Origin: an uncultured Clostridia bacterium | GTDB taxonomy: Bacteria; Bacillota; Clostridia; TANB77; CAG-508 | Direction: 5' to 3' | Assembly: GCA_947630545.1 (NCBI GenBank) | Contig: CANRHX010000003.1 | Span: 2,177-66,176 of the forward strand | Length of the DNA: 64,000 bases | In this document: piece by piece, positions 28,021 to 37,674 of the stretch | How positions within the stretch are numbered: position 1 is the first letter of the stretch | Layout of the letters: every line of letters begins with the position of its first letter | Program-made: the position numbers and the translations under genes | The notes under the pieces: generated by a model | The model's input: the letters and a program-made list of their open reading frames with translations, nothing else | What the model was told of the DNA's origin: nothing | Databases searched by the model: none

Positions 28021-29301
28021 GTGAAAAAAAGTATGAAATTTGTAAAACAAAAAATTTTCCAAAGGAACAACAAAGGACAAAAGGGAATAACATTAATAGC
28101 ATTGGTCATCACAATAATAGTCTTGCTAATCTTAGCAGGAGTAACAATGACAATGTTATCTGGAAATAACAGTGCGCCAGAAAAAGCAACGGAGGCAGCA
28201 CAAAAAGATGCGATAGCAGGAGCAAAAGATGAAATAGCAATGACAGTGCAAGAAAGGTTATTAAATTACTATAATAATACCTATGTAAAAGGAAATGTAA
28301 CAGAAGGAGCAAGTACACGAGGAGAAGTGGCAGAAGCAGCATATGATGCAGTAGAAAATGCAAAAAAAAGAAATAGCCAATTGTTACCTTCATCAACAGT
28401 AGATAAAGAGAATTACACAATAACATTAAACACAAAATCATACACAGTAACAGGAACAATAGACGAAAACGGTGGAATAACATGGAGCGATACAGTAGCC
28501 TCAACAGGAGGAGGTACTGGAGGAGGAACACTTACGAACGCAGAGAAGAAAGAAAAAATAAATGATGCAATAGGACAAAATGTCAATTATTCAGGATATT
28601 CATCAAGTTATAGTAGAGGTTGGAGAGTATTTTATGCAAGTGAAAAAGAAATGTTTTTAATTTCAACGGGAGTAATATCTTTTAATGATAATAATGGTAT
28701 TCCGATAACAGATTATACAAATTCAGATGATGTATTCGACCCTAAAAATCCAGAAAAAGGAAGTATTTATACATATAAAGATGTAACATATGGAGCAGAT
28801 TATAATTCAAAATGGCAAAAGAAGTTAGTTGAGGCAAACAAGACAGATAACGAAGATAGATCAAAGGCAACAGCATATTTATGCGATCCAAAAAACTGGG
28901 AAAAATATATATCAACAAATGCACCAACAGGAACTTATGCAGTAGGAGGACCAACAATGGAATTGCTAGCATTATCATGGGAAGCTACTGGAAATCAAGC
29001 TAAATGGTCTGATAATATTGATGATGATGTAGAAACAAATGGTTATGTATGGGATAAACCAGAAGGATTATATAAAGAAAGCCCACTAAAGCCCAGTATA
29101 TTAGAAGGTTTATATAATATTGGAGTAATCTACTGGCTGGCTTCTCCTAGTAATAAATACACTGGCGGCGTAGGCGTTGTGAACGGTAACGGGAGTGTGG
29201 GCGGCAACCACTATAGCTACATCCGTGGAGTGCGTCCGATAGTTTCCATTCCAATATCTAATGTCCAAATTGAAGAAGATGGAACAGTAAAGATAGAGTA
29301 A
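28021..29301 (+). CDS. Prepilin-like N-terminal (class III signal peptide-like) protein with large unknown C-terminal domain
   Basis: 'KGQKG|ITLIALVITIIVLLILAGV' resembles the type IV pilin/pseudopilin leader plus hydrophobic helix, but position +5 is Ala, not Glu. GTG start after GGGAGG. The 3' end (about 29150-29260) is markedly GC-rich ('GVGVVNGNGSVGGNHYSYIRGVRPIVSI'). Confidence 0.6.
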   Translation: MKKSMKFVKQKIFQRNNKGQKGITLIALVITIIVLLILAGVTMTMLSGNNSAPEKATEAAQKDAIAGAKDEIAMTVQERLLNYYNNTYVKGNVTEGASTRGEVAEAAYDAVENAKKRNSQLLPSSTVDKENYTITLNTKSYTVTGTIDENGGITWSDTVASTGGGTGGGTLTNAEKKEKINDAIGQNVNYSGYSSSYSRGWRVFYASEKEMFLISTGVISFNDNNGIPITDYTNSDDVFDPKNPEKGSIYTYKDVTYGADYNSKWQKKLVEANKTDNEDRSKATAYLCDPKNWEKYISTNAPTGTYAVGGPTMELLALSWEATGNQAKWSDNIDDDVETNGYVWDKPEGLYKESPLKPSILEGLYNIGVIYWLASPSNKYTGGVGVVNGNGSVGGNHYSYIRGVRPIVSIPISNVQIEEDGTVKIE

Positions 29302-29472
29302 AAAAGGCCGATACCCGGACATTTTTGAGCAAATGCAGTAAAATCAATAGTTATAGGGGCAAAATTCACGACCGAAAACACTGAAAATATGGAATAAATG
29401 TAGCGTTTTATGTAAAATGGGCATGCTTAAAAAACAGATGCAAATCTGCCCAAGTTATGTAAAGCTCATTTT

Positions 29473-29935
29473 CTAAACATCGTAGAGGACAAAATTGAAT
29501 TTCAAAACGAAACTTAAAGAAGAATCATAACATTTGTTGAAAATAGTAAGTCCAAGATTGAAGAAGGAATATAGCCTAGAAGTAGAGCCATTTTTGTGCC
29601 TTTTAGTATCGCGAATAATCAAATGATAATGATGTTTATTTTTTACATAGTCAACGCCAATAATGGTAAGCCAGACTAGAGCAACGCACATAACAGTAAA
29701 CAAAGAAATAAAGTGATCAATTTTTTGAGTGTTAGTTGATTCAAGTCTAAAGCCGATTAGTTTTTTGAGATTTAAAAATACACTCAACAGAACCAAAACG
29801 ATATGAATAATTTCTGACAGCATGAGCAGGATTATCATTTGTAACAAGATACCAAGCTTCACCAGTTACACAAGAAAGAATAGAAGTATGAGTAAACCAA
29901 CGGTCAGCAAGAAAAATAATATGATATTGTTTGTT
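29473..29935 (-). pseudogene. DDE transposase (IS4/IS701-like) C-terminal fragment, 5'-truncated and frameshifted
   Basis: Minus-strand frames give 'YHIIFLADRWFTHTSILSCVTGEAWYLVTNDNPAHAVRNYSYRFGSVECIFKSQKTN', then a frame switch into 'GFRLESTNTQKIDHFISLFTVMCVALVWLTIIG...'. The 'Y..R..[IV]E..FK..K' region is typical of IS4-like DDE transposases. No N-terminal half is present. Confidence 0.55.
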
Positions 29936-30205
29936 ATTAAATAAATTAAAGCAAAAGGAAATGCCTTATACGAGAAGGAATGTTTTTTTGCAATATATGG
30001 ATAAAAGGCGTGAGGCTGAAAAATAAGAGAAGAAGGTTTTTAGACAAGTAATATGTCTAAGACCTTCTTTTTAAAAAAGTGTCCGAATAGCAGATAAAAA
30101 TTCTTGCTTTTTATATAACAGTATAGTAAAATATTAATGATGATTAAGGAGAAGAGATTAAGCTTGCTAACTATATTTTAATCTTAGAGAGGAATGTGAT
30201 AAAAA

Positions 30206-31882
30206 GTGAAAAAATTACCTAATGGAATAAGTAATTATGAGGAATTAGTAGAAGAAGGTTATTATTATGTAGATAAAACAATGTATATAGAAAAGCTTGA
30301 AAGTTTATCAGATAAAAGAATAATGTTCTTACGTCCAAGAAAGTTTGGAAAAACACTATTTACAAGTGTATTAGAGAATTACTATGATATATTAAAAACA
30401 GATAAATTTGAAAAATTATTTGGAGAAACATACATTGGGAAGAACCCTACAAATTTAAGAAATAGTTATCATATTTTAAAATTTAATTTTTCAGGGATAG
30501 ACACAACAACAGAAGAAACAACTATTAAAGGCTTCAAAAAAGAGGTAGAATCTTCTATTAAGCTTTTCGTAGGAAAATATAATATGGATTTTTTTGTAAA
30601 TGACGAAGATGAAGCAGAAAATATTATAAATAATTTGTTTAAAGCGTTTATATTACAAAAAGCTGGAGAGAAAATATATGTAATAATAGATGAATACGAT
30701 CATTTTGCAAATGAATTACTAGGATTTCATACAGATGAATTTAAAACATTAGTGTCAAAAAATGGAAAGGTAAGAAAATGGTATGAGAAATTAAAAGAAG
30801 GAACAGAAACAGTAGTAAATAGAATTTTTATAACAGGAGTAGCACCAATTACGCTAGATAGCCTAACATCAGGCTTTAATATTTCAAGAGATATTACAAG
30901 AGATCCAAGATTTAATGAAATGGTAGGATTTACAAAAGAAGATTTAATAAAAATGATGAAAGAACAAGAAATAACAGAAAAAGAGCAAGAAGAATTATTA
31001 CCAATAATGAAAGAAAACTATGATGGATATAAATTTTCAATAAATGCAAAAGAGAATATGTATAATTCAAATATGAGTCTATATTTTTTAAGTCAATATA
31101 AGGCATTTAACGAGATTCCAGAAAGTTTGGTAGATGTAAATATTGCAAGTGATTACTCAAAGCTAGGTGGAATGCTAGATACATGCACAAATGAAAATAA
31201 ACAAGAAATAATAGAAAAAACAATATCAAGAGAAGGCATAGCAACAAAAATAACAGAAAAATTTAATCCAGCAATAGGATTTGGAGAAGAAGAGTTTAAG
31301 TCAATGCTATTTTATTTAGGGTATCTAACAATAAATGGAGATATAGCAGGATTTGCTAAGCTAAATATACCTAATAAAATAATGGAAGAGATTTATGCAG
31401 ATTATTTTGTACAAATGGGAAATAGTGAAGTTAAGATAGATATAAATCAACAATATATAAAAATCGCAACAGAGATAGCATTAGAAGGAAAGATAGATAA
31501 AATAATAGATTTACTACATACTTATTTAAATAATTTATCAAATAGAGATTTTGTAAGGTTTGACGAAAAGTATGTAAAAATATTGTTTTATTCAATAGCA
31601 ATGAATTTAAAAATATTTTCTATAAAGTCAGAGATGGAAGTACAAAGAAAGTATCCAGATATTTTACTAATTCCAAGGGATTTAACAAAAAATTATAATG
31701 CTGTAATGATAGAATTTAAATATTTGAAGAAAGATGAGGCATCAAAATTGCAAGAGAAACAAAAGGAAGCAAAAAAGCAAATATTGGAGTATAGCGAATT
31801 TGATGATATAAAGAATATTCCTAATTTAAGCAAATATACAGTAGTAGCTGTAAATGATGAAATATATGTTGAAAAAATATAA
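30206..31882 (+). CDS. Predicted AAA-ATPase (N-terminal) + PD-(D/E)XK nuclease-like (C-terminal) family protein
   Basis: 'KLPNGISNYEELVEEGYYYVDKTMYIEKL...FLRPRKFGKTLFTSVLENYY' matches the 'AAA-ATPase_like' family. The C-terminus 'RKYPDILLIPRD...AVMIEFKYLKK' resembles the PD-(D/E)XK (DUF1703) module. GTG start. Confidence 0.8.
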   Translation: MKKLPNGISNYEELVEEGYYYVDKTMYIEKLESLSDKRIMFLRPRKFGKTLFTSVLENYYDILKTDKFEKLFGETYIGKNPTNLRNSYHILKFNFSGIDTTTEETTIKGFKKEVESSIKLFVGKYNMDFFVNDEDEAENIINNLFKAFILQKAGEKIYVIIDEYDHFANELLGFHTDEFKTLVSKNGKVRKWYEKLKEGTETVVNRIFITGVAPITLDSLTSGFNISRDITRDPRFNEMVGFTKEDLIKMMKEQEITEKEQEELLPIMKENYDGYKFSINAKENMYNSNMSLYFLSQYKAFNEIPESLVDVNIASDYSKLGGMLDTCTNENKQEIIEKTISREGIATKITEKFNPAIGFGEEEFKSMLFYLGYLTINGDIAGFAKLNIPNKIMEEIYADYFVQMGNSEVKIDINQQYIKIATEIALEGKIDKIIDLLHTYLNNLSNRDFVRFDEKYVKILFYSIAMNLKIFSIKSEMEVQRKYPDILLIPRDLTKNYNAVMIEFKYLKKDEASKLQEKQKEAKKQILEYSEFDDIKNIPNLSKYTVVAVNDEIYVEKI

Positions 31883-31894
31883 AAGGGAGAAGAA

Positions 31895-33863
31895 ATGTTC
31901 AAATTAGTATCAAACTATAAGCCAACAGGAGACCAGCCACAAGCAATAGAATACTTATCAAAAGGAATACAAGAAGGCAAAAAATTCCAAACATTACTTG
32001 GAGTTACAGGTTCTGGAAAAACCTTCACAATGGCTAACATAATACAAAAAGTACAAAAACCAACACTCGTTTTAGCACACAATAAAACATTAGCTCGGGC
32101 AACTTTATTCTGAATTTAAAGAATTTTTCCCTGAAAACAATGTTGAGTATTTTGTTAGCTATTATGATTACTATCAGCCAGAAAGTTATATACCACAGTC
32201 AGATACATACATAGAAAAAGACTCATCAATAAATGATGAAATAGACAAGCTTCGTCATTCTGCAACGCTTTCTTTATTTGAAACTAGAGATGTAATAATA
32301 GTTGCATCAGTTTCATGCATATATGGTTTAGGAGATCCGGTAGATTATGAAGAAATGATGATGTCATTAAGACCAGGAATGGAAAAATCAAGAGACGACG
32401 TAATGAAAAAACTTATAAATATGCAATACACAAGAAATGAAATTGACTTCAAAAGGGGAACTTTTAGGGCAAAAGGAGATATTCTAGAAATATATCCATC
32501 ATCTCAAAGCGAATCTGCTGTAAGAATTGAATTTTGGGGAGATGAAATCGAAAAAATAAATGAAATAAACCCATTAACAGGTAAAGCAATTGGTTCAAGA
32601 AAACATATTTTAGTTCCACCCGCTTCTCAATATGTAACAAGTAAAGATAAAATGAACAAAGCAATAGAAACAATAGAAGAAGAATTAGAAGAACAAATAA
32701 AATATTTCAAGTCTCAAAATAAATTGATAGAAGCCCAAAGAATAGAAGAAAGAACAAATTTCGACATAGAAATGATGAAAGAAACAGGATTTTGTTCAGG
32801 CATAGAAAATTATTCAAGACATATAAGCCAAAGACCTGCGGGAAGTCCGCCATATACATTATTTGACTATTTTCCAGATGATTTTTTATTGTTAATAGAT
32901 GAATCACATGCTACAATTCCACAAGTTAGGGCTATGTACAATGGAGACAGATCAAGAAAAGAAAGCTTAGTAAAATATGGATTTAGATTACCATCAGCAT
33001 TTGACAATAGGCCATTAAAATTTGATGAATTTGAAAAAAGATTAAATCAAGTAGTATTTGTAAGTGCTACGCCAGCTGATTATGAAAAAGAACATTCCAA
33101 AGGTAATGTGGTAGAGCAAATAATAAGGCCAACAGGACTATTAGATCCAAAAATTGAAGTAAAACCCGTAACAAATCAAATAGATGACTTATTAGAGCAA
33201 ATTAGAATTAGAGCAGAAAAAGGCGAAAGAGTGCTAGTTACAACACTAACTAAAAAGATGGCAGAAGACCTAACTGCATATTTGAAAAGCCTAGATATAA
33301 AAGTAAATTATATGCATTCAGATACAAAAGCATTAGAAAGAATGGAAATTATTAGGAAGTTGCGTCTAGGTGAATTTGATGTATTAGTTGGTATTAACCT
33401 ACTTAGAGAAGGACTGGACATACCAGAAGTTTCTTTGGTTGCAATATTAGATGCCGATAAAGAGGGATTCTTGCGTTCAGAGCGTTCACTAATTCAAACA
33501 ATAGGGCGTGCTGCAAGAAATACAGATGGAACTGTTATTATGTATGCAGATGAACTAACTGATAGTATGGAAAAAGCAATTTCAGAAACTAATAGAAGGA
33601 GAAAAATTCAAGAACAATATAATAAAGAACACAATATAACTCCACAAACAATACAAAAATCAGTAAGAGATAGCATTTCTGCAACTAATACTAGCGATAT
33701 AGAAGTAGAATTTAAACTTGAAAAAGAAGAAGATATTAAAGAAACAATTACTAAACTTACAGATGAAATGCTTGAATTTGCTTCTAAAATGGAATTTGAA
33801 AAAGCTGCAGAACTTAGGGATAAAATTAAAGAATTGGAAAAATTAGTTAATAATATTGAATAA
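31895..33863 (+). pseudogene. uvrB: Excinuclease ABC subunit B (uvrB) interrupted by a +1 frameshift near 32096-32100
   Basis: N-terminal '[14 protein letters not shown]...[17 protein letters not shown]...[10 protein letters not shown]' stops at 32113. The frame starting at 32100 reads '[41 protein letters not shown]...' and continues into the 502-aa ORF ending at 33863. Together they give about 655 aa, the normal UvrB length. The shift lies at the CGGG run (32096-32099). Confidence 0.9.
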
Positions 33864-33897
33864 AAAATTCATGTAATATATTTAAGGGAGGATAATT

Positions 33898-34548
33898 ATG
33901 TCAAATTATAATTTTAATGAAATTATTAAGGATTTGAGTATGGCTCTAATAGATGATTTTAGAGGATTTTTAGTTGCAGGAGAGGAAAGGTTAGAAGTTC
34001 CTGATGATAAATTGCATTATCAGATTGCTTTTGAGGAAATGTCAAAAGTTCCTGGATGGAAATATATTAGTGGAACTGGCCAAAATCCAATAGTAGAGTT
34101 TATGAAAGAAAAAAAGGCAATTTATATAACTAAAATTCCTGATCCTACTGATCCTAATAAATTCTATAGAACTGTTGGGTACATAAGTGATATATTTTCA
34201 AACAATGCAAATTATAGAGGTGTAGAGAAACCTGAATATTTAATTCTTAGAGATATAGCATTAGGAATGGGATATGATGTAGATGAATATGAATTGTTAG
34301 AAAAAAAAGATGGACAAACAGGGACACCCGTTTCAATAAAAAATTACAAAGGAGAAATGAAAGTCAAAACAAGTCACAAACTTACTATGCTACATGGTAG
34401 AAATCTTTCAGAAGGTGATAAGCCTGTTTTTGATAGTCAAAATAATATTATAGGGTTTATTTCAAATGGAAAGTTTGTTAACATAAATAACTATGAAAGA
34501 TATGCCAACATTCCTCAAAAGCATGATGAAACAAATAATGGAAGATAA
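33898..34548 (+). CDS. Hypothetical protein (216 aa, no recognisable domain)
   Basis: Clean ORF with GGGAGG RBS; no signal peptide or TM; no motif I recognise. Confidence 0.5.
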   Translation: MSNYNFNEIIKDLSMALIDDFRGFLVAGEERLEVPDDKLHYQIAFEEMSKVPGWKYISGTGQNPIVEFMKEKKAIYITKIPDPTDPNKFYRTVGYISDIFSNNANYRGVEKPEYLILRDIALGMGYDVDEYELLEKKDGQTGTPVSIKNYKGEMKVKTSHKLTMLHGRNLSEGDKPVFDSQNNIIGFISNGKFVNINNYERYANIPQKHDETNNGR

Positions 34549-34648
34549 AGAGAATAGATAATTTTGAAAAAATTATCAAATAATGTTGAATAAAATATTC
34601 ATAAGTGATACAATAGCAAAGATAAAAATAAGAAAGGAAGATCAAATT

Positions 34649-35515
34649 ATGAATATTTTAAAATTAGCAGATTTAGAAGTAAAAGAAATTGAAGAAATAT
34701 TAGATAATGCAACCGCTTTTAAAAGTGGTCAAAAAAAGGTTAACTATAATGGAAAAAAAATTATAGCTAATCTTTTTTTTGAGCCATCAACAAGAACACA
34801 CTATAGCTTTGAAACGGCAGAGCTAAAATTAGGATGCAAAACAATGAACTTTGAAGCCGAAACATCTAGCATGAAAAAAGGAGAAACTTTATATGATACA
34901 GTAAAAACTTTTGAAAGTTTAGGAGTAGATGCAGTTGTTATTAGGCATAGAGAAGATGAATATTACAAACAATTAGAAAACATAAACATTCCAATACTTA
35001 ATGGAGGAGATGGAAAAAAAGATCACCCATCACAATCACTTTTAGATTTATATACTATAAAAGAAGAATTTGGACATTTTGAAGGACTTAAAGTTTTAAT
35101 AGTTGGAGATATAAAACATTCAAGAGTTGCTCATTCAAATATTAAAGTAATGGAAAGGCTTGGAATGAAAGTATATACATCAGGACCAAAAGAATTTAAA
35201 GATGATGATTTAGAATTTGTAGACTTTGAAGAATATTTACCTCAAGTTGATGTAGTAATGCTTCTTAGAATTCAATTAGAAAGACATGCAGAAGCAATGA
35301 ATATCAATAATGAAGAATATAATAAAAAATATGGTTTAAATAGTGAAAATGTTAAGAAAATGAAAGAAAATGCAATTATAATGCATCCAGCACCATTTAA
35401 TAGAAATGTCGAAATTTCAGATGATGTTGTAGAATGTAATAAATCTCGTATATTCAAACAAATAGAAAATGGTGTTTTTGTGAGAATGGCAATGATAGAA
35501 AAAGCACTATCTTAG
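34649..35515 (+). CDS. pyrB: Aspartate carbamoyltransferase catalytic subunit
   Basis: 'FFEPSTRTHYSFE', 'HPSQSLLD', 'MHPAPFNR'. AAAGGAAG RBS before ATG 34649, so the ORF from 34583 is over-extended. Confidence 0.95.
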   Translation: MNILKLADLEVKEIEEILDNATAFKSGQKKVNYNGKKIIANLFFEPSTRTHYSFETAELKLGCKTMNFEAETSSMKKGETLYDTVKTFESLGVDAVVIRHREDEYYKQLENINIPILNGGDGKKDHPSQSLLDLYTIKEEFGHFEGLKVLIVGDIKHSRVAHSNIKVMERLGMKVYTSGPKEFKDDDLEFVDFEEYLPQVDVVMLLRIQLERHAEAMNINNEEYNKKYGLNSENVKKMKENAIIMHPAPFNRNVEISDDVVECNKSRIFKQIENGVFVRMAMIEKALS

Positions 35516-35580
35516 ATTCATAATTAGATAAAAATTTATTTTATTAATAACATTTAGATTTAAGAAAGGGTTAATAAAGT

Positions 35581-37602
35581 ATGAAAAACAAAAAAATTAT
35601 ATTAATTGGTTTAATAATTTTAGTAGTAGTAATTGCTATTGCAACTATAATAATTATTAATTCTAACAAAGAAAAACCAGAAGATACTTTAACTACGTAT
35701 ATTTCATACATAAATGATAAAAAATATGATGAAATGTATGACATGCTATCTAGTAATTCAAAAAATAAAATAAGTAAAGAAGATTTCGTAACAAAAAATA
35801 AAAATATTTATGAAGGTATAGATAGTTTAGATTTAAAAGTTAATATTACAGAAACTAAAAAGGAAGATAAAAGCACAAAAGTTATATATAATCAAGAACT
35901 ATATACTTCAGCTGGTAAAGTTGAATTCTCAAACAGTGCTAATCTGGTAAAAGAAGATGATACTTATAAATTGGAATGGTCAACAACTTTAATTCATCCA
36001 GAATTAAAAGATGGATATAAGGTAAGAGTAAAAACTTTAAAGGGAAATAGGGGAAGTATTATAGACAGAAATGGAAACGAATTAGCTTATGATGGCATTA
36101 TATCATCTGTTGGAATTGTTCCTGGTAAATTAGGCGAAAATAAAGATGCCAATATTTCAAAAATATCAAAACTAACTGGTGTTTCAGTAGAAAATATTAA
36201 CAATTTCTTATCTGCATCTTATGTTAAAGATGATACATTTGTACCGATTAAAAAAATTTCAAAAAGTGATACAGAATTAAAAGAAAAGCTATTGGAAATA
36301 CCCGGAATTATGATTAATGACGCTGATGGAAGGGTATATAATTTAGGGGAAGAAGCTGCACACTTAATTGGATATGTTCAAAGTATAAGTGCAGAAGAAT
36401 TGGAAAAAAATCAAGATAAAGGATATACATCAACAAGCATTATTGGAAAATCTGGTTTAGAATTACAATATGAAGATAGGTTAAAAGCAACAGATGGTAA
36501 AGAAATATACATAGAAGATGAAAAAGGCAATAATATATATGAAATAGCAAAACAAGATCAAAAAAATGGTGAAGATATAAAACTTACTATTGATAGCAAC
36601 ATTCAAAAAAAATTATATGATGAATTAAAAGATGATAAAGGGTTGTTTGTTGTTATGCAACCTCAAACAGGTGAGTTATTGGCATTAGTTAGTACACCAT
36701 CTTATGATTCTAATGATTTTGTTTTAGGAATGACAAATGAAAAATGGGATAAATTAAATAATGATAAAAATAAACCATTATATAACAGATTTATACAAAG
36801 CTATTGCCCTGGATCAACCTTTAAACCAATTACAGGTGCAATAGGACTAGAAACTGGAAAAATAACTACAAGCGATACATTTAGCTATTCAGGAACAAGT
36901 TGGCAAAAAGATTCTAGTTGGGGAGACTACAAAGTTACTACTTTAACACCATATAGTGGAGCTAAAAATTTAAAAAATGCTATGATTCATTCAGACAATA
37001 TTTATTTTGCTCAACTAGCTTTAAAAATTGGATCAAGTGACTTTATAAGTAATTTAAAGAAATTGGGCTTTAATGAACAATTAGAATTTCCATTAACTTT
37101 AGCAAAGTCTAAATACTCAAATTCAGATACAATAGAAACAGAAGGAAAGCTTGCTGATTCCGGATTTGGTCAAGGAAACATATTAGTTAATCCAATCCAC
37201 ATGGCATCAATATATTCAAGCTTTGCCAATAATGGAGATATGATAAAACCATATATAGAATATAATGAAAACAGTAAAGGTGAAATTTGGAAAAAGAATG
37301 TTTTTTCTGAAAATGTAGCAAACACAATAAAGGATGATTTAATACAGGTAGTTGAAAATAAAGAAGGTACAGCTAATGATATGAAGGTTTCTGGAGTGAC
37401 TATTGCTGGAAAAACTGGAACAGCAGAATTAAAACAAGATAAAAATGATAATGAAAGTGGAACTTTAGGATGGTTTGATTGCTTTACTGTTGATTCTGAA
37501 GGAAAGGATAATTTGCTAGTTGTTAGCATGGTTGAAAATGTTCAAAATAATACTTCTGGTGGAAGTCATTATTTAATAAAGAAGATTAAAAAACTATTCT
37601 AA
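35581..37602 (+). CDS. Class B penicillin-binding protein with MecA-type NTF2-like N-terminal domain
   Basis: N-terminal anchor, 'YISYINDKKYDEMYDMLSSNSKNKISKEDF' (MecA_N-like), transpeptidase motifs 'STFKP', 'SDN' (HSDNIYF), 'KTGTA'. Confidence 0.9.
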   Translation: MKNKKIILIGLIILVVVIAIATIIIINSNKEKPEDTLTTYISYINDKKYDEMYDMLSSNSKNKISKEDFVTKNKNIYEGIDSLDLKVNITETKKEDKSTKVIYNQELYTSAGKVEFSNSANLVKEDDTYKLEWSTTLIHPELKDGYKVRVKTLKGNRGSIIDRNGNELAYDGIISSVGIVPGKLGENKDANISKISKLTGVSVENINNFLSASYVKDDTFVPIKKISKSDTELKEKLLEIPGIMINDADGRVYNLGEEAAHLIGYVQSISAEELEKNQDKGYTSTSIIGKSGLELQYEDRLKATDGKEIYIEDEKGNNIYEIAKQDQKNGEDIKLTIDSNIQKKLYDELKDDKGLFVVMQPQTGELLALVSTPSYDSNDFVLGMTNEKWDKLNNDKNKPLYNRFIQSYCPGSTFKPITGAIGLETGKITTSDTFSYSGTSWQKDSSWGDYKVTTLTPYSGAKNLKNAMIHSDNIYFAQLALKIGSSDFISNLKKLGFNEQLEFPLTLAKSKYSNSDTIETEGKLADSGFGQGNILVNPIHMASIYSSFANNGDMIKPYIEYNENSKGEIWKKNVFSENVANTIKDDLIQVVENKEGTANDMKVSGVTIAGKTGTAELKQDKNDNESGTLGWFDCFTVDSEGKDNLLVVSMVENVQNNTSGGSHYLIKKIKKLF

Positions 37603-37674
37603 CAATTTATTCTATATACTTGTCTATTTTTTAATTTATTTATATAATAGTAAAAGTTACAAAGGAGGTATTAC

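Noticed and set aside
29940-30085. Hairpin AGAAGGT..TTAGACA...TGTCTAA..ACCTTCT followed by T-run (about 30033-30075), considered as an ncRNA or a functional terminator
   Set aside because: It lies inside the decayed IS/transposase remnant with no upstream intact gene. It is most simply the leftover terminator or end structure of the IS.
32355-33863. 502-aa ORF as an independent gene starting at MMMSLRPG
   Set aside because: The frame is open and UvrB-like well upstream of this Met (from 32100). It is the C-terminal part of a frameshifted uvrB, not a separate gene.
34549-34648. PyrR-binding attenuator upstream of pyrB (and of upp at 21858-21982)
   Set aside because: I found no convincing PyrR binding loop (ARUCCAGAGAGG-type) or terminator/antiterminator pair by eye, only a plausible promoter (TTGAAT-17-TACAAT). 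This needs computational folding to settle.
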